From Octopus sinensis (lineage: Eukaryota), in NCBI RefSeq assembly GCF_006345805.1, contig NC_043002.1:74400001-74464000 (forward strand): DNA of 64,000 nucleotides, given 5' to 3'. The notes under the pieces were generated by a model that saw only the letters and a list, made by a program, of their open reading frames with translations, was not told the DNA's origin and made no database searches. Both the position numbers and the translations under genes were made by a program. Below are positions 45,965 to 58,669 of this stretch, one piece after another; the stretch's first letter is position 1, and every line of letters starts with the position of its first letter.

Positions 45965-46345
45965 TCAGTGGCTGTGTGGTAAGTAACTTGCTTACCAACC
46001 ACATGGTTCCGGGTTCAGTCCCACTGCGTGGCACCTTGGGCAAGTGTTTTCTACTATAGCCTCGGGCCAACCAAAGCCTTGTGAGTGGATTTGGTAGACG
46101 GAAATTGAAAAAAGCCCGTCGTATATATGTATATGTGTATATGTATGTGTGTGTATATGTTTGTGTGTCTGTTCCCCCTCCCCCCAGAATCATCTGACAA
46201 CCGATGGTGGTGTGTTTACGTCCCCGTAACTTAGCGGTTTGGCAAAAGAGAGCGATAGAATAAGTACTAGGCTTTCAAGGAATAAGTCCTGGGGTCGATT
46301 TGCTCGACTAAAGGCGGTGACTGAAACAAGTAAAAGAGTAAAAGT
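45965..46345 (+). mobile_element. SINE family B (a more degenerate B copy lies at about 45655-45830)
   Basis: GTGGCTGTGTGGTAAGTAACTTGC...GACTGAAACAAGTAAAAGAGTAAAAG. Confidence 0.9.
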
Positions 46346-46663
46346 GAGTAATATCGAACATATTCAAATACATACACATACGCTCGTGCGCGTGTGGTTT
46401 GTAAGTAAAGCTTATCATAGTATATGTAGCATTTGAACGAAGAGGGATACAATATTACAAAAAAAAAACGATTCGTGAGAAATGCGTAGAAAAGAAAAAA
46501 AACATCAACTAGCATATGCATTTATTGATGATGATGATGCTGATGGTAATGATGATGATGACGACGACGACAGCGATGATAACGGTTATGAGCTTTTAGA
46601 CAAGAGTAACTTATTTTCATTATTTACATTCGACGGATATTTGTCCTCATCTTGCTTGTTGTT

Positions 46664-46709
46664 AACACAACGTTTCGGCTGATATACCCTCCAGCCTTCT
46701 TCAGGTGCC
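46664..46709 (-). ncRNA. Minimal type I hammerhead in a PLE-like terminus (about 46612-46760)
   Basis: Minus strand GGCAC-CTGAAGA-A-GGCTG[GAGGGTATAT]CAGCC-GAAA-CG-TT-GTGTT; palindromic ACGT stem III; stem I of 5 bp with two G-U pairs. Confidence 0.75.
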
Positions 46710-46762
46710 TTGGAGGAAATTTCGAAGCTGGGTTCTCATTCTCAATGTATTTTTCGATGTTG

Positions 46763-46809
<47 letters not shown>

Positions 46810-47007
46810 TTATGTTTGACTTTTGCTATACATTTGTACAAATTGGCTCCAAGTCTCACCCAGAGACCTCCAGAGACAACAAGTTGGAAGTTCATGCTAA
46901 TGTTATGCCTAAGGTGCCATATATTTGGTTTTGTACATAGTGTTGTTCTAGAGAATGTTTAAGAAACCATAAGAAAATTATGTTTGTTTTAAAACTTGAG
47001 ATTACTA
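46810..47007 (-). mobile_element. R4/Dong 3' end next to (TTA)n
   Basis: Homologous to 53732-53982. Confidence 0.7.
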
Positions 47008-47438
47008 TCATTGTTGTTGTTGTTGTTGTTGTTGTTGCCCGTAGGCATATAGCGTAGTCATCTCTTAAATATAGAACTGTAAGAGTAACTTAATCCCTTG
47101 ATTTACCTTCTTGGCCCATATATTTTTTAATAAATCGCACAGAGGTTGGGACATTGTAATTTGGTAGCGTCGTAGCAGAACATTATATATACCCATAGTG
47201 ACTAATGCATCAATGTATCCATACATATAGCAATCCATGCATCAACATATACAAAATAAAACAGATAATACATTATCGTACATTTACGATCTGTTCACGA
47301 GACTACTATATTTGCTTCTATTCTCCGTCTCAGATTTGCTACAACCGGTTCTATGTATATCTCAGCTGCTTTTTATATTAATAGTTAAATCATAATTAGA
47401 GGGATTAATAGACAAAAGTGCGCACGCACGCACACACA

Positions 47439-47474
<36 letters not shown>

Positions 47475-47641
47475 AACAAACATACACGTTAACCTTCACA
47501 GAGCACTATGAAAGCAAACAATAAGCACTCAAAAGTAACATAACTGCATTATAGGTAGACGCATGCATGTGTATGTATGTATGCTTGTATGTATGTATGC
47601 ATGCATGCATGTAGGTACACACACAATATTGGATATATGAG

Positions 47642-47682
<41 letters not shown>

Positions 47683-48018
47683 CTGTATATTCATACACAA
47701 ATACGCACACATATCCGTTATATGCAACAGAAGCAATATGAGATTAAAATAACCATTTATGTATCATATTGAATGTAAATAAGTCGTGAAAGGCAAATTT
47801 AAAGTGGTATTCGTCGGGAGATAATATTCTAATCTGACAGTGCTGGTGTTCCATATAAAGGATTTTTTCATCCAGCCGGACAGTAACTTGCAACACCAAT
47901 GACTATAGAATTTTCTCTCTCTCTCTCACACACACACAGAGTTCCGGGTTCAGTCTCACTGTGTGGCACCTTGGGCAAATGTTTTATACTATAGCTTCGG
48001 GCCGACCGAGGATATATA

Positions 48019-49170
48019 TATTGGGTTGAGTCACAAATAATTTCCGTTTTTGTGAAATATGTTTAGTCGAGAATAACTGAACAGTTGAATAATTTTCATC
48101 ACTAGTATATTCGCCATTTTTGTCAATCACCTCTTGCCATTTTAGAACTAGCTTGTTGATTCCTCTAAGGTAAAATTCATACGGTTTTAAGCTGAAAAAG
48201 TTGTCCACGAAAATTTTTACCTGGTCTTCTTCAGAAAAATTTTTACTATTCAGAACATTTTTACTATTCAGAGTGGAATTCACTTGGTGCAAGATCTGGT
48301 GAATATGGTGGATGAGGTAGAACAGATCAGCCTGAGTCCAATATTTCTGCGTGATTCTTGCCTAGTGTGGCCTTGCGTTATCATGAAGAAGCACAACGTT
48401 CATCCTGTTGACCAGTGCGGGGCGTTGCAGCTGTTGACAGTATAAATCTGCAATTAGTGTCTGATTGCAATTTAATAACTCGAAATGGATAATACTGCGT
48501 TGATCTCACCATACACACAGTATAACTTTTCTTCCATAAAGCTCCGTCTTTGGGGTAGGCTGCAGAGATTTATCCTTGTCAACGCACTGCCTTTTGTGCT
48601 GAACATTGTCATAAAAGATCCACTTCTCATTACCTGTAACGATATGCTTGGAAAATAGATAATTTCTCTGTCTTGAAAGAAGACATATCGATATGGATAT
48701 GCGATCTTCTTTATTCTCCTCACTAAGAGCATGAGGAACCCAAACGTCCAACTAGCTCACTTTTCCAATCCTTTCCAAATGGCGGCAGATTGTGGATTGG
48801 AATGCGTTGAGGTCAAGTGCTAAATCTCGAGTGCTTTTGCAGGGATTGCATTCCATCAGTTCTCTTATTGAAGTCTGATAATGGTCCTGGTCTGGGTTCA
48901 TCTGACAATGATTTATCTATCTTTAGAATAAAACTTTGAGAACCAAGTTCGGACTTGGCGATCAGTAATGACACTTTGGCCATAAAAACTACAAATTTTC
49001 TTTGCTGTTTCTGAAGCGTTTTTGTTATTCCCAAACTCCCATAGCATCACATATCTAATATGCACTTTCGATTGCACCATTTTAGGGTGTGAAGTTTTAG
49101 TTTGAATTATGATGCACTCTGCTGATGCAGGACTGGCCAGCGAACACTGAAAGTCTGAAATGCGTCGATA
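48019..49170 (-). mobile_element. Dead mariner (Mos1-like) transposon
   Basis: KVHIRYVMLWEF..NASETAKKIC..YG, WVPHAL, IVTGNEKWIFYDN (catalytic D changed to N), HDNARPH, HPPYSPDLAPSE (D changed to E), GINKLVLKWQEVIDKNGEY. A TIR-like TTGGGTTGAGTCAC at 48021; the other TIR was not found. Confidence 0.9.
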
Positions 49171-49200
49171 CATTTTGTATATATATATATATATAAATAG

Positions 49201-49280
<80 letters not shown>

Positions 49281-49289
49281 CATAATGCA

Positions 49290-49810
49290 TATGTGGGCAC
49301 CGGTCGTCACGAAACGTGTACAACAAAAAGTATGATGTACGAGTACATTGAATATGAACTATTTTTTCGAACAACGAAAGACACAAATGGTAAACAAGAC
49401 AAGCAACATAAAGAACGACCCGTCATCAGTAGTTGGCTGTTTTTCTACTCTCGTATTTCGAGCATTTAACAACAATATACGCTTTAGATAAAACAGTAAA
49501 GCAAATTGAATAAAATTTGGGATTTTGTAGAAGGTCAAAATTGGTAACGCAAACAGGACAGTGAAAACAAAAAGGAAGGGCTGCTAAGCCTAAACGAGGT
49601 TGTGGTGGCGAACGCGTAAATCAAGCTTGGACAGGAGACAAACAAGAACACGTTTTCCTTGTTCCAGCTACAATGGAGAGAAAGAACGAAGCACAAGTTA
49701 GAAGAAAGATGGCCGATGGTCACGTAGGAGCCATGTGAGCAAGATAGGAGGAGTTGGGGAGAGAGTGACAGAGTAATAGGATGGAATAGTGGAATAAGAG
49801 GAGGTAAAAG
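49290..49810. mobile_element. (TA)n-associated repeat family P3 (PLE-terminus-like, non-coding)
   Basis: Shares blocks with 50636-50822 and 61800-62770 (..ACC(C/T)TTCATCAGTTG..CTGT..CTACTC..ATTTCGAGCA). Confidence 0.6.
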
Positions 49811-49963
49811 AATTAGAGAGAGAAAGAGAGAGAAATTAAAGCGTAAAAAGATCGTATAGAGAGCGCATCAGAATTATTAAGATAAAACTTAATTGGAAGA
49901 GGATGCGTGGCGTTCAAACATATAATAATATAAATAATATATATATACATATATATATATGTG

Positions 49964-50031
<68 letters not shown>

Positions 50032-50159
50032 TATAAATACATACATATATACATGCGTATATGTACATACATCTATACGTATATATATATATGCATATAT
50101 ACATGCGTATATGTTACCTAATCTATACGTATATATATATATAATATATATAATATATA

Positions 50160-50378
50160 TATTCTTTTACTTGTTTCAGTAATTTGACTGCGGCCATGCT
50201 GGAGCACAACCTTTAATCGAGCAACTCGACCCCGGGACTTATTCTTTTGTAAGCCAGTACTTATCTATCGGTCTCTTTTGCGGAACCGCTAAGTAACGGG
50301 GACATAAACACACCAGCATCGGTTGTCAAGCAATGCTAGGAGGACAAACACAGACACAAACACACACACGCATATATA

Positions 50379-50409
<31 letters not shown>

Positions 50410-50545
50410 CATATACGACGGGCTTCTTCAGTTCCGTCTACCAATCCACTCACAAGGCTTTGGTCGGCCCGAGGCTATAGTAGAAGACACTTGCCCAAGG
50501 ACTGAACCCGGAAACAATGTGGTTGGTAAACAAGCTACCTATCAC
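50160..50545 (-). mobile_element. SINE family B
   Basis: Reverse complement of the B consensus. Confidence 0.9.
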
Positions 50546-50572
50546 ACAGCCACCTGCATATATTATATATAT

Positions 50573-50635
<63 letters not shown>

Positions 50636-50639
<4 letters not shown>

Positions 50640-50822
50640 GTGGGCACAGGATGTCACGAAACGTGTACAACAAAAAAGAACGAAGTACGAGCACATGGAA
50701 TATGAACTATTTTTTCGAACAGCGAAAGACACAAATGGAAAACAAGGCAAACATATAAAGAACGACCTTCATCAGTTGTTAGCTGTTTTTCTACTCTCGT
50801 ATTTCGAGCATTTAACAACAAC
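50636..50822. mobile_element. Repeat family P3, short copy
   Basis: Close to 49290-49475. Confidence 0.7.
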
Positions 50823-50906
<84 letters not shown>

Positions 50907-51599
50907 CATATAGTAAAACGCAATGTATCCTATCGGCTACACTTCGGGGAAAGAAGAGTAAAACAACAAACGGAGAGGGAGTGAGTGACAGTCAGAGGCA
51001 GTAATCAGCCTTCAAAGGATTTTGCTCCGAATGACGCTGGCCTCAGAATAAAACTTGCGAATTATTATCGTAAATCGTATTTACTTTATCAGGTTCACAA
51101 ACACAAACATACACACACAAAAAATCTATATGAAATTAAATATTAAACCCTTGTTTTCAAAATACTATCGTTCATTTAACATATATATTGATGTATGTTA
51201 ATGACAATATATATGTGTGTGTGTGTTTGTGTATGTGTATGCACACACACACACATACACACACACAAAAACACACAAACACACGCACATACACACTTTC
51301 ATTATATTCTTTCGTTGTAGGCCATTTTACCAGTATTGCTCTTTCCTTTTCCGAGTAAAAGATAACATATTTTACTGAATTCATCGATCTAAAAAATGAA
51401 AACAAACAAGCGAACGTGCATACATTCACATACTCACACATGCGTATATACATATGTATATGTATGCACATCCATAGGTGTATATAAATATGTAAAGTAA
51501 ATCTATGAGAGTGCACATATAGGTGCCATGCAGTGGAACTGAACTCGGAAGCAACTGATTAGGAATCAAACCTTGTACCACACAGCCACACCTACACAC

Positions 51600-51630
<31 letters not shown>

Positions 51631-51799
51631 CACCACAACACAACATAATACAACATATATATATAGAAAAATGTATATAAATATATACATGTATATAAAT
51701 ATATATATATATAATATATTATATATATATACATTACATATATACATATGTATATATACATATATACATTGTATATATACATATGTATGTATATATATA

Positions 51800-51831
<32 letters not shown>

Positions 51832-51834
<3 letters not shown>

Positions 51835-52126
51835 GCGGAATGGCCCAGTGGTTAAGGCAGCGGACTCGCGGTCGTAGGATCGCAGTTTCGATTCCCAGAC
51901 CAGGCATTGTGAGTGTTTATTGAGCGAAAACGCCTAAGGCTCCACGAGGCTCTGGCAGGGGGGGTGATCCCTGCTGTACTCTTTCACCACAACTTTCTCT
52001 CACTCTTTCTTCTGTTGGCCTGCTCGCTTAGCCAGCGGGGTGGCGTCACTGAAGGCTAAAACAATGCGAAGCACATTGTGACCAGCGATGTGTAGCAACA
52101 TCTGATGGCCTGGTCGGTCACGTGAT

Positions 52127-52135
<9 letters not shown>
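51832..52135 (+). mobile_element. SINE family C
   Basis: GAGGCGGAATGGCCCAGTGGTTAAGGCAGCGGACTCGCGGTCGTAGGATCGC...CCTGGTCGGTCACGTGATCACGTGA followed by (TA)n. Confidence 0.9.
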
Positions 52136-52157
<22 letters not shown>

Positions 52158-52349
52158 CTATAATAATGCTCTTGTATATTTGTCCATCACAACATACGAA
52201 TGAGAAAGGAAGGGGTGATAGAAGAATAAGGAAGGGGTGATGGCAAACTTGGTAGTGGGATGATGCAAGTTCAACGGTGAAAAAGAAATCAAATAGCGTT
52301 TCAACTCTGCGTGAGTATATGAGTGTGTATGCAAAATTGGGTCATGTGA

Positions 52350-52395
<46 letters not shown>

Positions 52396-52712
52396 TGTGT
52401 TGCGTGCATGCAATGGAAGTGGGATGGTGAACATTCAACGCCGAAAAGAAAAATCAAACAGCGTTTCAACTCTGCGTGAGTATATGTGTTTATGCGTGTG
52501 CGTGTGCAAGGGAAGTATGCCAATGTTTGTATCTGTGATTATTATGTACTTTATTTTGTGCCTTGTTTATATATAAAACACTACAATTAACCGTCATTTT
52601 TGACGGCACGGGGCCAGCTATGTAATGATTTAACGTCGGGGAAGCCTTCGAAATTTTGTTGTTTTAACAACAAAATCGACGAATATAATCACCGCAACGC
52701 ACAGACAGAATG

Positions 52713-52847
52713 CAGATGGCAGCTCACGTGTGATTAAACAGATGGTTGTAAATTCCGTAGAGAATTGCAAAAACCTAATTCCAAAATCCAATAGCAGATG
52801 AGGCCAATGTTTCATTGTTGCAGAAGGGAACATGTCAGAACATGCCA
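52713..52847. promoter_or_regulatory. Candidate enhancer: three CAGATG, one CACGTG, CCAAT boxes and a p53-family-type site
   Basis: CAGATG at 52713, 52739 and 52795; CACGTG at 52725; GAACATGTCA-GAACATGCCA at 52828-52847. Motif match only. Confidence 0.3.
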
Positions 52848-53670
52848 GCCAGAGCAATCCACCCTTGTCATATTAATGTAGCACAAAATATCTGATAAAT
52901 GCAACACATATAGAACAAAATTCTGTGAAATACGTGCATATTTACATACTACGTAAAAACCAGTGAATTGTGTGTTTGTTTATTTATTCTTTTTGAAGAA
53001 AAATAGTGCATTAAGAAAAAAATCATTTTGTGTAAAAATATTCATGATGGTGGAGTCTTTTGATAAAAAATATAGAGAAAAAATTAACAGGTAATCATCG
53101 ATTGTTAGATATATTGTGGTTATAATGTCGGTGATGGTGGAAGTGATGGTGGTACGAATAGTGGGGCGGTGATGATGGTGGTGGTGCGGTTATGGCAAAC
53201 ATAATCTTGCGTTAAACTGCTGTCATAGTTCCTCTTGACAGGGATGATGATGGTGGTGGTGGTGGTGGTGGTGGTGGCGGCGGCGGTGATGGTGGCGGTA
53301 TGTGTTAGGGTAGTGGTTGTGATAACGGTGGTGATTGTAATGTCACCAGCGGCGGCAGCACCACCAATAATAATTCACGCACAACTTGCATTCTACACAA
53401 TCGCCATTCAGTAACGTAACACAGCCTACATAACGCAATCAGCGTCCGACTGTAAAACACATAACTCTATATCACACAGTTCATACGAACACGACTGACC
53501 AAAACAACACAGCACTGTTGCACATAACTCTATGCAATGAATAGATGAAATACTAAAACACAAATCCCCACAGCAAAACAAAACTAACAATGCTGCTACA
53601 CACTCCAAGAACACGATGATACCAGCCTGGTACTATCTCCAAATACGAAAAGAAGAAACTGTTGAAAACA

Positions 53671-53731
<61 letters not shown>

Positions 53732-53734
<3 letters not shown>

Positions 53735-53982
53735 TATGTTTGACTTTTGCTTTATGTTTGTACAAGTTGGCTCCAAGTCTCACCCAGAGACCTCAAGAGA
53801 CAACAGGTTGGAAGTTCACGTTGTTGTTATGCCTAGTGTGCCATATATTTGGGAGGGGGTTGGTGTTGTACTAGTGAATATCAAATAAATAAATAAAAAA
53901 AATAAAAATTAAAAAAAAATTGTTTGTTTTAAACCTTGAGATTACATAGAAAGTATTTTGCGTAGGATGTGCTAGAGCATAA
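53732..53982 (-). mobile_element. R4/Dong 3' end next to (TTA)n
   Basis: Minus strand ..HILRKIL terminus; homologous to 46810-47007. Confidence 0.75.
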
Positions 53983-54201
53983 CAAACCGGACCTAGTGGT
54001 GGTGGACAAGGTGCACCACATATGCTATATAGTTGACGTTGCATTCCCCCTTTGACCCACGAATAGTCAAGAAGGAAGGCGAAAAGATAGATACAACCAT
54101 CTTAAGTACAAAATAGCCCAGCTGTGGAAAATGAAGAAAGTGAATATAGTGCCAACTATTGTTGGGTCCTTGGGAACAGTATCAGAAGGCATCAAGAGAA
54201 A

Positions 54202-54203
<2 letters not shown>
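53977..54203 (+). mobile_element. R4/Dong RLE-domain fragment, inverted partner of 54450-54697
   Basis: VLEHNKPDLVVVDKVHHICYIVDVAF..LWKMKKVNIVPTIVGSLGTVSEGIKR. Confidence 0.85.
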
Positions 54204-54248
<45 letters not shown>

Positions 54249-54269
54249 CATCATCATCATTATCATGTT

Positions 54270-54716
54270 CTCTTATTACAGTTTTTGTTGGAGTTCCTGA
54301 AGTCTTCCATGCGTAGCGGGCTTACTACCCGCAGCCTACGGCACCAAGTTATTCGTTCTTTTCAGCTATTGAATACTTTCCTGATTATTCTTGCCGTGCC
54401 AAGGAGGCAAACCATTTGTGAGAGTTCTACTGGGCACTCTATTCCAATTTCCTTTATATTCCTCTTGATGCCTTCTGATACTGTTACCAAGGACCCAACA
54501 ATAAATTGGCACTAAACTCACTTTTCTTCATTTTCCACAGCAGGGCTATTTCGTACTTTAGAGGGTTATATCTATCTAGCTTTTCGCCTTCCTTCTTGAC
54601 TATTCGTGGGTCAAAGGGGGGAATGTAACGTCAACTATATAGCATATGTGGTGCACCTTGTCCACCACCACTAGGTCCGGTTTGTTATGCTCTAGCACCT
54701 GATCTGTTTGGATTGC
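54270..54716 (-). mobile_element. R4/Dong 3' fragment (RLE domain to end)
   Basis: QTDQVLEHNKPDLVVVDK...GIKRNIKEIGIECPVEL..LLGTARIIRKVFNS*, then a short 3' UTR and (TAA)n. Confidence 0.9.
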
Positions 54717-55392
54717 TTTTCATCTATCATGAATCGATAAATAAGTATCAGCTTGCACAGTAGATTCAAGATAAACAAACAGTAGGGATTAATCTCGTAT
54801 CCAGTTACTTAATTTCTTCGAAGAGCTATCCAAAGGAGGTACTTTTTTTTTTCATTTCATGTTGTATAAACTACCGTTTCTGGGTAACCACGAAGAAAAA
54901 GGAAAACAGAACCTCCTTTGAAGTAGTTACATTTTATGTTTAAAAAAACAAAAAAAACTACTGATGCTAGTATACCCATCTATCCATTTACTCCGCCTAC
55001 TATTTCTGGGAGCTGATGTGGGCGTAGAATCCTCAGGTACCTCCTCCATTTGGTCTTACCGAAAAGCATTTGTAATTACACTTTTCGGTTGGATTCCTAA
55101 GCGTGACTAACTGAGGTTGTGAATATCATTCGGCCTTATCTTTCTACCCCTAAGTCTCTTGCCGGTGGGCTCGGGATGAAGAATGTTAATACACTTAAGA
55201 TATAATCACGATTTTAGAAAAAGAATTCAAGGTCTGTTATCAATAGCAACAGCAATAATAAAGAAAAACGATTAGAATGTCCACAATGATGTGTAAATCT
55301 TTGGAATTTACAGGAAGAAGAAAGAAAATGTTGAATGAAACCAACCAGAAATCAAAACAAAATTACAGAACATGACCTGTAAGGAGATTAGG

Positions 55393-55433
<41 letters not shown>

Positions 55434-55447
55434 AGATCGCGAGTCAC

Positions 55448-55596
55448 CACACATTCTTTATTTTCTCTCCTTTTTTCTTTCTGTGGAAGAGCGTAGGCTC
55501 GAAACGTTAAAGACTTTTTCACTTCCAGAGCACTATACTAATACATCGGTTTGTTGTCTACACCACCTGTCTTTGTCTTTTGTTTTTTTGCGAATT

Positions 55597-55600
<4 letters not shown>
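55448..55600 (+). mobile_element. PLE-like terminal repeat, family P1, with variant-core hammerhead fold at 55477-55512
   Basis: CTTT-CTGTGGA-A-GAGC[GTAG]GCTC-GAAA-CG-TT-AAAG. Confidence 0.7.
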
Positions 55601-55651
<51 letters not shown>

Positions 55652-55773
55652 TATTATATATATATATAGATATATATATAAATGTATGTTGTATGAAGTT
55701 AAAGGTATTTTCCTTTTTATTTATACAGGTATGCATATCTCCTCTCTCTCTCTCCTCTCTCCCTCTCTCTCTG

Positions 55774-55813
<40 letters not shown>

Positions 55814-55823
55814 AGTGTGTGTG

Positions 55824-56212
55824 TGGAGGCGCGTGGCTTAGTGGTTAGGGTGTTGAACTCATGATCGTAAGGTTGTGGTTTCGATTCCTGGACTGGCATG
55901 GCTCGAGAAGGAACATTTTTGGGAGGCACATGGCCTAATGGTTAGAGCAGCGGATTCGCGGTCGAGGGATCGCGGGTTCGAATCTCAGACTGAGCGATGT
56001 GTATGTTTATGAGCGAAACACCTAAGCTCCATGCGGCTCCGACAGGAGGTAATGGCGAACTTCTGCTGACTCTTTCGCCTCAACTTCCTCTCCGCTTGCA
56101 TCTTGCAGCTCACCTGCGACGGACCGGCGTCCCGTCCAGGTGGGGAACCTATACGCCAAGGAAACCAGAAAACCGGCCCTTATGAGCCAGGCATTGCTTG
56201 AAAGGAACAAAC
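55824..56212 (+). mobile_element. Family D SINE (internally deleted, 55824-55915) followed by a family C' SINE (55921-56212)
   Basis: Two consecutive tRNA-like heads. Confidence 0.85.
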
Positions 56213-56213
56213 A

Positions 56214-56271
<58 letters not shown>

Positions 56272-56293
56272 TATTAATATATATATACAAAGA

Positions 56294-56328
<35 letters not shown>

Positions 56329-56372
56329 GAGAGAGTGTGTGTGTGTTAGGTGTGGTATACAGAAATTGAATG

Positions 56373-56827
56373 TTGAGAAAAACGTCGTCAGAATTTTGGA
56401 AAAAAAACCTTTTATTTTTTTATTATTATTAGCGCTTTCGTTCCTTTCTAGAACTTGTCAAATAAAATTATGTGAATGTTAAAAAAAAAGTAGGTGCGGT
56501 TTGGTCATCACTAAAAGTCATTTTGCTTTCTTTCTTTCTTCCCCCTTTTTTTCAAACAATTTCCTCCAAGAGTGAATGTTTGGAAGGGGTATATTCTAAA
56601 TATAACTCAAAGAGGAGAAAAAGAAAGAAGGAAAAAGAATGGAAAAAAAAACGGAAGAGAGAAAGAAAGCAGTGATGACCAAACCGCACCTGTATTTTTT
56701 TAAGAAGTCACTATTCTTAAACCCATTCCAATACAATGGTAAAGGACTAGATAAATAAATAAAAAATGGTTAATAGGAAGGTGGATACCCCTTCTCGCTC
56801 TCTCTTTCCCTCTACCTATCCGTCTGA

Positions 56828-56892
<65 letters not shown>

Positions 56893-57134
56893 AGCCTATC
56901 TATCTATCCATCTCCATTATCATGGAACCTCACGCAAAAAAAAACAACCAATATTCTCTTCTAATCAGAAGCCCCCCCCCCCAAAAAAAAAGATCTGTTT
57001 TATTAAAATGAACAAGCTGTTGGTACATTGAAATAATTTTATTTGACAAGTTCTAGAAAGGAACGAAAGCGCTAATAATAATGAAGAAGAAATAAAAGGA
57101 TTTTTTCCAAAATTCTGACGACTTTTTTCCTCAA
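56373..57134. mobile_element. Foldback element with nested inverted repeats
   Basis: Outer arms 56373-56478 / 57026-57134; inner perfect 21-bp arms AGGTGCGGTTTGGTCATCACT at 56492-56512 / 56671-56691. Confidence 0.75.
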
Positions 57135-58135
57135 TATATATCATCATGGCGGTTTTCGGTTTATTCTACCTTAAGCTTTCTCTTAAGTTATATTATTTTA
57201 TTTGTCTTTTCTCTGAGTAAGGGAGAATATAATGATTCAACGTCACTTATACTAAAGTGTTATCATTATACCTAAAAACCCTAACTACAGTTATAACGTC
57301 ATATAGACATATACGCATGGAACGCTATATAAATGTATGTATGTTGAATATTTTAATCGTGTCCTTTAAACCGCTAAAAGAAACATAAATCAAAGATTAC
57401 AGAAATGCATATTTATCTAGGCTCAGTTGAAAAACAAACGTGAAGAGAAACATTTTCTTTTTAATTATTTTTTATTATATAAATATAACATTTTATATTT
57501 TTTTACAGTAAGAAAGATAATTTGTCGTGGAGAAAAACGACTATAAATTCCTTAGCTAATTTCTTCTTTCTATCTAATACATTAACCAACAAATCAAAAT
57601 AGATTTGTGATTAACTTAGACATGGCATAAAAATTACCGATGTCTCCAAAAGAGTGAGTGACGTGGAGTTATGTGACACCAACGAACACTGAAATATTTT
57701 CCAAAATCCAGGGTTTTTATAACTGCTCAACTTGACTAAAAAGAATCGAAATTCAGGACAAATATTCTTTTCGAAACTTCTAGAATCTTTATATGAGCAG
57801 TTATATTAACCAATGGAAAAAAAACGAAAATGATAATTCTTCGGCAATACGACATTACGTCATATTGCCAATTCGCGCCACATTTCAAAATAGCTAAAAT
57901 GGTTATTGCTACACTAGCATCTTAGCGTCGTATAGATTCAATCCTTGTGACTGAATTTAGTAGAGGGGAAACTGCGTGAAAGCCCGTCGGAGAGATAATA
58001 CCAATAATTTAAAGGTCCAGCATTTCGCCGCATATTGTCACATCCTCCTTAAGTCGATCGAAAAACTGGAAACCTACACGTCTTTCTTGGCGAGAAAAGT
58101 CCACTACCACCACCATCGCCACTATTGTAAATACA

Positions 58136-58186
<51 letters not shown>

Positions 58187-58279
58187 CAAACGCATATATA
58201 TCTACATACATATATATGTATATGCAAGCTCCTTACCACACAGCAGGGCTATATATATATATATATATAGGCGCAGGAG

Positions 58280-58430
58280 CGGCTTCTTTCACTTTCCGTC
58301 TACCAAATCTACTCACAAGGCTTTGGTCGGCCTGACGCTATAATAGAAGACACTTGCCCAAGGTGTCACGCAGTGGGACTGAACCTAGAACCATGTGATT
58401 GGGAAGCAAGCTGCTTACCACACAGCCGCT
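58280..58430 (-). mobile_element. SINE family B head
   Basis: TTCCGTCTACCAAATC..TAGAAGACACTTGCCCAAGG..TTACCACACAGCC. Confidence 0.85.
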
Positions 58431-58669
58431 GCGCACGTGAATGTGTGTGTGTATACATGCGCAAGTATGTGTGCGTTTATATGTACGTATATGCATGTGT
58501 GTGTATGTGTTTATATATACATACTTGTGTACGTGTGCATATCTATGTACATATGTTCATCCACACACACCTTCCTTACAGATCATTAAGAAATTTCAAA
58601 CCCGCAAAGAAGTTACTAAACTTGTTTGCGGGTTACTAAACAAGTTACTAAACCCGCAAACTCGTTACT

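Noticed and set aside
51832-51900. tRNA-like sequences (also at 13087, 43990-44070, 55921, 63050)
   Set aside because: They are SINE heads continuing into SINE bodies and lack a complete acceptor stem, so they are not tRNA genes.
52250-52495. ~80-bp direct repeat, each copy containing AG|CGTTTCAACTCTGC|GTGAGT (duplicated 14-nt micro-exon?)
   Set aside because: The upstream sequence is A-rich with no pyrimidine tract and the length is not a multiple of 3; treated as a local duplication.
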